A DNA stretch of 59,500 nucleotides from UHGV virus genome UHGV-0209830; one strand, given 5' to 3'. Shown here one piece after another: positions 47,512-55,774 of this stretch. A model generated the notes under the pieces. That model was not told the DNA's origin. It was given only the letters and a program-made list of their open reading frames with translations, and ran no database searches. Position numbers and translations under genes: made by a program. Within the stretch, counting starts at the first letter, position 1. Each line of letters starts with the position of its first letter. This stretch comes from a virus.

Positions 47512-49020
47512 TTATATATCCAGATCCGGCATTTCGATATCCGCCAGAACCTGATCTCGGAAAGTTGCCATTTCGGCACCAATATCTTCATTAGCAGGCA
47601 CATAGTCCACCAGCATAGTGAAGCAGTAGGTATCCCATCGGTCAGGCGATTTGATGTTTAGCTTTTGCCGCATGTGCTCTTTGCGCATCATCGCCATTTT
47701 CCCTTCTTCATTCAGTAAAAAGGGGATTTTTGACGCTTGCTCTGCCGTTTTAGGGTCACTGTCTATCCGCATACGCCCTGACTTTATGGCATCACGCGCC
47801 ATGATATTTGCGTAGGCACGCTGATTAACAAATCGCTCCCTGTCTTTGTTCGCAAACATGGGTTTTCCCCACCGAATACGTACCGGGTTCGCACCACGAC
47901 GCACCAACTGCGCACACGTATCAGAACCAAAACCATCAGCATCAACCGCGATTGTTATATTCGGGTATTTTTCCGGCGTACATTCGTTATATATGAAGTC
48001 AGCAAAGGCCAATGGGTCCATAGTGCCAGGCATCTCCATTACCTTAAAGTTAACAACGCGCCGCTTATCCCTGTGACCTGATACCTTGCAGATGTTGAGG
48101 ACCGACTTATCTCGCCCATTACCAACGTCAGCCGTTGCCACCCATCCCCAGTTTTTCTCCAACAACACCTTGCGGCGAGCAGAGCGATCGCATTCATCAC
48201 GACCAAGCAAATAGCCGTTAATTTCTCGTGGGAACTGACCAAGCACCTTGACCATGTACTCAATAGAATCGCGCCCGCCATATTCCAGAAGCTTCTCCTT
48301 GATGAATTGTGGTGTGACGAACGGTGATTCTTCCGAGTTAAGAACAATTGCTGTCCAGATCCCTTTCGGGTTGTCTGGGGTTTTTGCTCGAGAATGGTGC
48401 GAATCGTAGAAATAACCACTTGGCCTTGTTGGCTGGGATAGCATCAACATCCGGTTATCTTCTTCAGTAAGAGCACCGGTCATTACGCCGATCGCCTTAT
48501 CAGATATACCAGATGCTTCATCCAGAATTAGAAGCAAATGTGCCGCGTGTTCCCCCGCCAGCGCTTCTTCGTTGCCGAGTCGATAACCTTTGCAGAGAAC
48601 TTCCCAAATCCCCTTACGGGAGCGCTCATAAAACATGGTGTCAGAGAGGACAAAATAGGTCTGCAACCACCCATGACGCTTAACTGCATTCGCCCAATAC
48701 TGTTTAACGTATTTGAATACGCCTGTTTTTACCTGGCCTATCTTGTTAGCAACAATGATGACACGGGCATCGGGGAACAGGATCATAAAAATCAACAGCA
48801 ACATCGCGGTAAGGGACGACTTCCCCGTTCCGTGTCCGGACGTGACGGTAGTCCTACTCCCCGTTTCCTGTACGGACTGAATGATCTGCTGCTGCTGCGG
48901 GGAGGGGAACATCCCAAAAATATCGACAACAGCCTGGGTAAAGTTGTAGCGGTATTTGATTACCATATCGCGCCAGCGTGGATCTCTGGTGACGCATTTA
49001 ACCTTGCGCCCGCCAGCCAT
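47512..49020 (-). CDS. pacB: Terminase large subunit (PacB-like)
   Basis: Walker A GHGTGKS, large-terminase size, directly downstream of pacA-like gene. Confidence 0.8.
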   Translation of the reverse strand: MAGGRKVKCVTRDPRWRDMVIKYRYNFTQAVVDIFGMFPSPQQQQIIQSVQETGSRTTVTSGHGTGKSSLTAMLLLIFMILFPDARVIIVANKIGQVKTGVFKYVKQYWANAVKRHGWLQTYFVLSDTMFYERSRKGIWEVLCKGYRLGNEEALAGEHAAHLLLILDEASGISDKAIGVMTGALTEEDNRMLMLSQPTRPSGYFYDSHHSRAKTPDNPKGIWTAIVLNSEESPFVTPQFIKEKLLEYGGRDSIEYMVKVLGQFPREINGYLLGRDECDRSARRKVLLEKNWGWVATADVGNGRDKSVLNICKVSGHRDKRRVVNFKVMEMPGTMDPLAFADFIYNECTPEKYPNITIAVDADGFGSDTCAQLVRRGANPVRIRWGKPMFANKDRERFVNQRAYANIMARDAIKSGRMRIDSDPKTAEQASKIPFLLNEEGKMAMMRKEHMRQKLNIKSPDRWDTYCFTMLVDYVPANEDIGAEMATFRDQVLADIEMPDLDI

Positions 49021-50384
49021 TAATCATCCTCCGGCGGTTCTATCGCGATATCATCATCTCCGGCGTCATACCCTGCATCAGATGCATCATAATCACCGTA
49101 AATTTCAGCCGTTGCCGAAGGGTCAATATCCAGCTCTTCGTCGTTGGCCTCGAATTCTCCAGCTTTACGCTCGCCATTGCGGTCATAATCTCCGCACCCC
49201 AATTCTTCAACAATGGTTGCCACATCCGCCCGGCGCTCTGCCAGCCATTGCGGATGGTTAGCCTGAAGCGTTGCAAACTCCCTTGCCTCTTTGTCCAGCT
49301 GTTCATCATCAACATCATTGACGTCAGAAACAGGTGGTTCGAGAAGAGTGATAGCTTTCGCCGCGCGCGCCGCGAGGATAGCCGGGACGCTGACCCCCTG
49401 GCGCTCGATGTATTCAGCAACACCGATATCATCCAGTTCCTCGCGCTCACGCATACGTATAGCGGCGGCGATAACTCTGGCTGCGCGTGCGTCAGCGCCA
49501 ATGCGATATTCAATCTCTTTGCCACGCTGTTCGGCCTGTAGGCGTGCTAATTCGAGTTTTTCTCTGGCCTCAGCCTCTTTGAATGCTTGCTGGCGAGCGC
49601 TCTGACGAAGCTTTTCATCCCCCTGTCGCAGCTTTTGTTCGGACTGATATATAGCTGCCAACCTACTGATAAAATCATTCATGTAGTAGGCCGCGTCACT
49701 GATTAGACCGAGAAGGCGCTGCCCAGGGTGCATTCCTTCTGGCTCTTTATCGCCCAGGGTGTCTATTTCCGCCTGTAGACGTTCGGCCTCCTGATCAACA
49801 ATGCTTTGATACTGAAGTGCGCGCTCTTGCGCCATTTGAATTGCTAACCGCAGGTGTTCTTCTGCGCCGTTCTTCATCATATCGCGAGCAACATTCGTAG
49901 TTGGCAATGTGGCACGCTGCACAGCACCGTCAGGGATCATTGCAGAAGATCCCTCAATTTTTGGGGCGCTTTTATCTTCTTCGGGGATCATTTTCGCCAT
50001 TTTTTCGCGCAATGATCTCCTGACGGATTCTTTTATCTCATTGTTATTATTTGAATTATTTTCATGATCCGAAGTTTTCTTTCTCGGCATACTTCGGAAA
50101 GAACCTGCGCCCTGCGAATTGTCAATTTCTGTAAATTTTGTTTTTTCTGCACCCTCTTCCTGCTTTTTTGTTGCTCTTCCTGCCCGTTTTTTTTCAGGTG
50201 ATTTGGTGCTTTTTTTTGTTGTCTTTACCTGCGACCGCACCTCATTTTTTTTCATATTGAGATGCTTTCTGGCTGTATTGAAGCTAAGGCCATGCTCCTC
50301 ACAGTATTCCTTTACAGTGATCCCTTTTTCTTCACGCAACGCTATAAAGCGGGCGCGGTGCTCCTCCCAATTAACCAGACTCAT
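49020..50384 (-). CDS. pacA: Terminase small subunit / pac-recognition protein (PacA-like)
   Basis: Synteny with pacB, acidic C-terminus, GATC cluster inside the gene. Confidence 0.55.
   Translation of the reverse strand: MSLVNWEEHRARFIALREEKGITVKEYCEEHGLSFNTARKHLNMKKNEVRSQVKTTKKSTKSPEKKRAGRATKKQEEGAEKTKFTEIDNSQGAGSFRSMPRKKTSDHENNSNNNNEIKESVRRSLREKMAKMIPEEDKSAPKIEGSSAMIPDGAVQRATLPTTNVARDMMKNGAEEHLRLAIQMAQERALQYQSIVDQEAERLQAEIDTLGDKEPEGMHPGQRLLGLISDAAYYMNDFISRLAAIYQSEQKLRQGDEKLRQSARQQAFKEAEAREKLELARLQAEQRGKEIEYRIGADARAARVIAAAIRMREREELDDIGVAEYIERQGVSVPAILAARAAKAITLLEPPVSDVNDVDDEQLDKEAREFATLQANHPQWLAERRADVATIVEELGCGDYDRNGERKAGEFEANDEELDIDPSATAEIYGDYDASDAGYDAGDDDIAIEPPEDD
49925..50075. other. 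Candidate pac site: five GATC-containing hexamers within about 135 bp inside pacA
   Basis: GATC at about 49935, 49948, 49986, 50014, 50066 in TGATC(C/T)-like contexts. Confidence 0.4.
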
Positions 50385-50773
50385 AAAGCAACACCACGCT
50401 TTTTAACGGCGGCATTCCACAGCTTATTCGCCATGTCCACCAGCTCTCGTTGCTCTTTTCGCGCCTGTTCGACTGATTTCCTGCTACAGTTTTTAACCAG
50501 TAAACTGCCGTATTCAGGGGTTCGCCCACGCACCTTGAACTGATATCCGTTCAGGCCATGCAACCAGTATTTTCGTGGGTAAACGCGATCATCAAGCTCA
50601 CAGATTGCCCTGCTTGAACGAACAAAATGACGAATGATGTTAGTTACACTTACTCGTGAGACATGGAGATGAGGGTATTTTTCTTTGGCGAGAATGGTAA
50701 TTTCAGTGACTGTCAGATAGCAGTCAGCCCTAATCATGATATCCGCAATTTCTGCGCTGCTGATTTGTTCCAT
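50381..50773 (-). CDS. Hypothetical protein (130 aa); Lpa-like late-promoter activator candidate by synteny
   Basis: Immediately upstream of pacA with operator-like palindrome upstream; no sequence-level confirmation. Confidence 0.35.
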   Translation of the reverse strand: MEQISSAEIADIMIRADCYLTVTEITILAKEKYPHLHVSRVSVTNIIRHFVRSSRAICELDDRVYPRKYWLHGLNGYQFKVRGRTPEYGSLLVKNCSRKSVEQARKEQRELVDMANKLWNAAVKKRGVAL

Positions 50774-50848
50774 TAATCCCCCGGGCAGGAAATGACCGAG
50801 GGGATGATAATGAGAATGTTAAAATTGTATAGACTGGCAAAAAGATGA

Positions 50849-50882
50849 TTGTATTAGAAAATTAATACTAAATATCTAACGC
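50849..50882. promoter_or_regulatory. Operator-like inverted pair upstream of Lpa-like gene
   Basis: ttgtattagaaaattaatactaaatatctaacgc. Confidence 0.45.
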
Positions 50883-51274
50883 TACCAGCGAGACAAACGA
50901 ACAACATGTTTCACTTTTGCGATCCACTTTCCGCGACAACTATTGATTACGGCCTGTGCCAGCTTCAAATTGGCTTCAAAATCAGCCTTACTACCATCTG
51001 ACTCCACCAGCATTCCGCCATCTATTTCTGGTAAACATAGATAATCCTGCTCAACCTGCAGCGGCATTGATGGCTCTCTGAATGGCGTTACTTGCTCTGC
51101 TTTCCAGCGAAAGCTAACCCTCATCCCCCTGGTGGTCATTACCAGATAGCCTGTTATAGTGCTTTTATGGCCCACATCAGTACGCGTGGCATTGCATGAC
51201 ACGATCTTACAGTTAGCGATAGACCACTCCATATTGGTGGCCTGTTGAGTGCTTAATTTGGTAGTCCCGTACAT
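50882..51274 (-). CDS. Hypothetical protein (130 aa)
   Basis: ORF track. Confidence 0.45.
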   Translation of the reverse strand: MYGTTKLSTQQATNMEWSIANCKIVSCNATRTDVGHKSTITGYLVMTTRGMRVSFRWKAEQVTPFREPSMPLQVEQDYLCLPEIDGGMLVESDGSKADFEANLKLAQAVINSCRGKWIAKVKHVVRLSRW

Positions 51275-51849
51275 CAGAAAGCCTCCCAGTCAGTCGCGAT
51301 AATATCCACACCAGTTGCAAACCAGTCTGTCTGCGCCTGTAAATCACCATTCATCATTACCAGGCGAGGCATCACCATCACATCGCACCCTTCCACAATA
51401 TCGAATGCCTCTTCCGGCAAGAATTCGAAGAGCTTTTCTTTGCTGCCAATGCTGCCACGGAACATCGATATATAGCTCCCTTTAGGCCATGATGTCCGCC
51501 GGGCATCAAGCCCTTTCATCATCCAGTAAAAAGCCGAGGAAAAAGGGATATTCTTTTTGCCAATGATTACATTATTCGCTTCTGTGTACTTCAGGAACTT
51601 AACTAACCTTACCATTGACTCGGATAACGCAACGTATGGCTCATGATTGATTGCTGACACGCTTACACCGTGCAATCCAACGCTTACCACTGTCATATCG
51701 CCGCTCTGTGCGGTTTCGATATTGACGCCTTTGCGAACTAATGAGGCGTAAAGTTCCTCTCGCTTTTGGGTCCAGCGTTCCCGCTTCCCTATGAAGTCAC
51801 TCAAAATGAGATCTTCTTCTGCATATGCGTTATCGTTCGCCATTAACAT
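51274..51849 (-). CDS. Hypothetical protein (191 aa)
   Basis: ORF track; strong RBS aaaaaggag. Confidence 0.5.
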   Translation of the reverse strand: MLMANDNAYAEEDLILSDFIGKRERWTQKREELYASLVRKGVNIETAQSGDMTVVSVGLHGVSVSAINHEPYVALSESMVRLVKFLKYTEANNVIIGKKNIPFSSAFYWMMKGLDARRTSWPKGSYISMFRGSIGSKEKLFEFLPEEAFDIVEGCDVMVMPRLVMMNGDLQAQTDWFATGVDIIATDWEAF

Positions 51850-51969
51850 AACGTCTCCTTTTTACACACGCGACCATCTCTCGGTTAAACCGATAGAGAT
51901 GTCGAAACTTCGTATTAATTAAGGGTTACAGCCTGAGCGGCTATATGATGAATTGAAAGGAGTTGTGGC

Positions 51970-51984
51970 GGTGGTGCCTCCACC
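51970..51984. other. Conserved-loop hairpin, copy A (ggtgg-tgcct-ccacc)
   Basis: One of three hairpins with identical loop and covarying stems. Confidence 0.5.
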
Positions 51985-52302
51985 TGCCAGGTTAGCCACT
52001 CCTGGCGACGTCACTTATCAGAACGTAGTGAATGAAAATGGCTTCGTCACGAGCGCATAGCCGCAATTACCACAACGGAAACGGCGCTCGCGTTAATTAA
52101 ACGCCTTTTCCTGTTGTGCGCCGTACTCTTCCGGCTGTCACACCGAATCGCCAGGGTGGTGAGTCCTCGGTCCGACGATATGAACGGGGCTTGCACATTC
52201 CGGCTACCTGGTTTGTTGCCTGAGCAAGGGGAAAAGGTAACCCCTTTAACGTCACCAGACCGCTAACGACGCATGTGCCATACGCCGTGTTACAACCAAA
52301 TA

Positions 52303-52378
52303 TGGTGGCCCCTACCGGACTTGAACCGGTGACCGTGCGATTATGAGTCGCCAGCTCTAACCACTGAGCTAAAGGGCC
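52303..52378 (-). tRNA. tRNA with CAT anticodon, tRNA-Ile2 (lysidine) type
   Basis: 76 nt cloverleaf with encoded CCA; anticodon loop CTCATAA; near-identical to recalled E. coli ileX; Met not excluded. Confidence 0.8.
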
Positions 52379-52532
52379 AGATTACTGTTAATTCCGCTTA
52401 CGCTTTTTGCCAGGACCGCGTAAGGCTTTTGCTGCTTGCTCGACCCCATATGCAACCACCAGCAGAAATAAAAATGTCCACCAAGGGTTCTTGTCGGCAA
52501 ACGTCCAAAATTCCATCATGTTCTCTATTTGG

Positions 52533-53360
52533 TTATTTCACCGGAACAAACGGTACAGCGGTATTACTGGTCATATACTGCGGTAGCGTTCCGTTCCATT
52601 TGTTGATCGCTTCCAACTCCATAACGCCGGGGTTCTGGCGCAGAGCTTCACCGCGTAAACGAATGGCATCAGCTTCAGCCTGGGCTTTTGTGCGAATGGC
52701 ATCGGCCTGTCCGGCAGCTTCTGCGCGCAGCATGTTGGCTTCTGCTTCGCGTTGCTTGACTTCCTGCTCGCGTTGCAGAGTTTTCTGGTTCGCCGTGACT
52801 TTGGCATTAATGCTGTCGATAACGGTTGGCGGGTACTCCGGCTTGCCCACATATGAGAGGCTCATTACCTGAATACCGATGGGCGTCATTTCTTCCTGGA
52901 TGTCTTTAAGAGCTGCATCCAGTAGTTCAGACTTGCCACCGTCGATAAATTTGTCGGTGGTCATTTTGCTGGCCAGTCGGTTAAGTGCGTCGGCAATCTT
53001 CTGGCGCAGGTCGGTGTCGGTAATGTCATCCACGCCTTTGCGGTAGGTCTGAAATACAGTTGTGACTTTTGCCGGATCAACCTTGTAAGCTACACCAATG
53101 TGGTAACCAATTGTTGTCCCGTCGCTCATTTGGAAGCTGAACGGATCATCATAGGTCTTCATTTGCTTAAAGGTCGGGAAGATATAAACTTCTGTGTTCC
53201 AGCCTGTCCAGTAGCGACCAACGCCAACTACTTCGCCGACACCTTTATCATCCCCCAGCTTATTTACTTTGATCCCTACATTGCCTGGTTCTACCCGGTC
53301 GCATCCGGTCAGACATAAAGAACCAAAAATAATCGCTGCACTAATCAACGTTTTTTTCAT
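52533..53360 (-). CDS. SPFH/band-7 domain lipoprotein
   Basis: Lipobox LTGC signal; SPFH-like core followed by A/E/Q-rich coiled coil. Confidence 0.55.
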   Translation of the reverse strand: MKKTLISAAIIFGSLCLTGCDRVEPGNVGIKVNKLGDDKGVGEVVGVGRYWTGWNTEVYIFPTFKQMKTYDDPFSFQMSDGTTIGYHIGVAYKVDPAKVTTVFQTYRKGVDDITDTDLRQKIADALNRLASKMTTDKFIDGGKSELLDAALKDIQEEMTPIGIQVMSLSYVGKPEYPPTVIDSINAKVTANQKTLQREQEVKQREAEANMLRAEAAGQADAIRTKAQAEADAIRLRGEALRQNPGVMELEAINKWNGTLPQYMTSNTAVPFVPVK

Positions 53361-53578
53361 TAATCAATTTCCTGGATTTTTTTGCGAAAAAAGACTACTG
53401 CAAAAGCCGGGTAAATGAGCGCGAGAAGGACTCCCAACAATACAAGTATTGTGCTGTCAGATGAGATCATATTTGGCAAAAGCCAAACATACAGAACCAT
53501 TGACACAATCAAACAGAGGACGACATAAATATATAGCCGCACCCATAGCGTTCGACATTTGTTCGGATTGTTCTGCAT
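53360..53578 (-). CDS. Small two-TM membrane protein (72 aa)
   Basis: ORF track; stop overlaps start of SPFH gene. Confidence 0.45.
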   Translation of the reverse strand: MQNNPNKCRTLWVRLYIYVVLCLIVSMVLYVWLLPNMISSDSTILVLLGVLLALIYPAFAVVFFRKKIQEID

Positions 53579-53618
53579 CCTCTCACTCCATTGTTTAACG
53601 AATAAAAAAGCTGCGGTG

Positions 53619-53633
53619 CCTGGTGCCTCCAGG
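53619..53633. other. Conserved-loop hairpin, copy B (cctgg-tgcct-ccagg)
   Basis: Same loop as copies A and C, stem covaries; about 45 bp upstream of small membrane gene. Confidence 0.5.
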
Positions 53634-53841
53634 TGACGTTAACCAGTTAACAATTAACGCCGGGATGTTTGATTTAACCACTAATAAGGATTGTTTTAAC
53701 TGTTCCGCGTGCGCTTAGCCGCATTCACCGCAATGGTAAGAGCACTTGGCTGGCTGGGCGGCGATGACGCCTGTACGCATTTGGTGATCCGGTTCTGCTT
53801 CCGGCATTCGCTTAATTAGCCAAATACTCTTAACGTTGCGC

Positions 53842-53928
53842 TGGCGGAGAGTAATGGAATCGAACCATCATCGCTTGCGCAATGGGACGGTTTTCAAGAC
53901 CGCTTGAGCACCATGCTCCCTACTCTCC
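53842..53928 (-). tRNA. Atypical type-II tRNA-like gene with TGA anticodon (tRNA-Ser(UGA)-like)
   Basis: 87 nt; acceptor GGAGAGT/ACTCTCC, G discriminator, CCA, T-loop TTCGATT, anticodon loop CTTGAAA; D-arm shortened and variable arm irregular. Confidence 0.45.
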
Positions 53929-54393
53929 GGCCGTTGTGGTGGCCGGTACTGAATCTCCGGCATACGGTGCAGCCAATTAGGACTACGGACGATCACCGCT
54001 CGCGAAAGGGAAGATTTGCGGCCGCATTTCCCTAACATCCAAGAAAGCTATCGCATCAGTCTGCGAATCCACCACAACGTTGAGAACACTGGTTGTCACG
54101 CTGCCTCGCGACCTTTATTCATAGATTGGGATATGACCCCGTTACGCCAATGTTCTCAACGTTGTAGTGCCGGTTACGGTTCCGGCCAGGCTTCTTCCTC
54201 AACGGGGTGTTCTCCATACGGACTACCGTTTATTGGTCGTTCCTGCGGTTTATGTTGTGAAGCCAGATGCTTATCTTCTGGTTGCTTCAAAGAGCTGCAC
54301 TTCATCACAACGGTAAGGGTACTTCGTAGGGATTCGAACCCTCTGCCAAGCTCGGCGATCTCCGACGTCGCAAAATACCCTTACCTGTTGTGT

Positions 54394-54469
54394 TGGTGCC
54401 GGTTAACGGACTCGAACCGCTGACATCCTGCTTACAAGGCAGGCGCTCTACCAACTGAGCTAAACCGGC
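54394..54469 (-). tRNA. tRNA-Thr (TGT anticodon)
   Basis: 76 nt cloverleaf, anticodon loop CTTGTAA, T-loop TTCGAGT, encoded CCA. Confidence 0.8.
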
Positions 54470-54471
54470 AT

Positions 54472-54547
54472 TGGCGATGGTGGATGGATTTGAACCATCG
54501 ACCCGTTGATTAACAGTCAACCGCTCTAACCGCTGAGCTACACCATC
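54472..54547 (-). tRNA. tRNA-Asn (GTT anticodon)
   Basis: 76 nt cloverleaf, anticodon loop CTGTTAA, T-loop TTCAAAT, encoded CCA. Confidence 0.8.
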
Positions 54548-55257
54548 ACTTGCCGGGTACGTCTCCGGCGAGGGCTTCCACCTCCGTATGCTTTTCGGCG
54601 CACCGCGCCCTGGCTGCAATTCGGTAACAGGGGATGCATAACCCTGGCTTCCAGCGTGATTAGCGCCTTCAGCATGACGGGATATACCCGTTGCAAGACA
54701 TTATCCCAGAAAGCCATTAACCAATGGCTGTTACGCGGGAGGGACGTAACAGGTAAGGGCGCTGACCAGAAAGACCTGACCCTTCTCATTCATCTGGTTA
54801 ATCACACCAGCGCCCTTGCCTGTTATGCCTCCCCGTTCCCTAATACACAGACGGGGACACTCTGCGGTCGATTTTTTGACGGGGGACGACTCATACCCCG
54901 TGGCGTCAGGCTTCTTAGGCCGCTACCATCATCAGATCATCGTTTGCATTTACTTTAATGGTCGGTTTCTAAACCGCCGCAAAGTCGCTAACCATGACGA
55001 AAACCCTAAAAAAGCCCACCCGAAGATGGGCAAATACGCTACGTATCACACAAGAAAGAAGCCGACTGCCTGAACTGGATTCACTTTCAAATGCCCGCTG
55101 AAAGGGATCACAAGTCGGCTTCTTTCTTGATGCGGCACTCTCTCCGCCCGTCACCGCTCTGTCTCGGTTGTCGCGTTTGCCACGCCAGCCATAACGAGGT
55201 TTAAAGTCTTTGCACGTTCCCATCACTCGACTGCCGTCTGAGGCTGTTCGTTGCAGC

Positions 55258-55272
55258 GGGGGTGCCTCCCCC
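55258..55272. other. Conserved-loop hairpin, copy C (ggggg-tgcct-ccccc)
   Basis: Same loop, third stem variant. Confidence 0.5.
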
Positions 55273-55755
55273 TGGGGATATCCCCGGCCTTACCCCATTC
55301 TTTCAAGACACAATGCAAGGCCACATCCGCATAGGTGCATTACCGCAACATTAAGGAGGCATAGGGCGGTTACCTTTTGCCCTGAGTCTCCTTAATGTTG
55401 AAGATGTGCATTGATGATTAGATGCAGCATGTACCGTTACTCTCTGCCGGACCATCATCAATGAACACCTTAAAAAGACCTTCCGTGGCTCAACATGGAC
55501 TGTCGTTTACTCCGCAAAGTGCTCTCTCTGAAACCACTTTCCGCACTAAACCTGCTGAACTTTGGCCTGCACGGTGCCAAAGCGTGCTCTTGCATTGCTA
55601 TACTTTTCTAACGCTTTAATTTGTTAAATGCTGGTGGGCGAACAATAACCAATAAGTGACTATCAAGCCCAGCAAGCGAAACGTGGGTGCCGCCCACCAG
55701 CAAGGAAAATTCTATGTTAAGTTACCTTCACAATCAATACGTTCGAATCGTAATT

Positions 55756-55774
55756 TTAGATTTCTAACACATTA
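55756..55774. promoter_or_regulatory. Operator-like motif copy at upstream edge of the RNA island
   Basis: ttagatttctaacacatta. Confidence 0.4.

Noticed and set aside
52226-52246. GC hairpins with ggtaac loops (here and at 55361-55381) as rho-independent terminators
   Set aside because: Neither orientation has a T-run immediately 3' of the stem.
52380-52520. 42-aa minus-strand ORF between the SPFH gene and tRNA-Ile
   Set aside because: Very short, no clear RBS; could be real but not supportable from sequence alone.
54312-54386. Calling the T-loop-containing hairpin a fourth canonical tRNA gene
   Set aside because: Too few nucleotides between acceptor and T-arm for D and anticodon arms, and no CCA; kept only as a tRNA-like remnant finding.
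54538-55619. Short ORFs listed in the 1.2 kb region (54538..54789, 54656..54958, 54816..55073, 54969..55226, 55210..55395, 55422..55619)
   Set aside because: Mutually overlapping in different frames, no RBS, odd composition; the region looks non-coding and structured.
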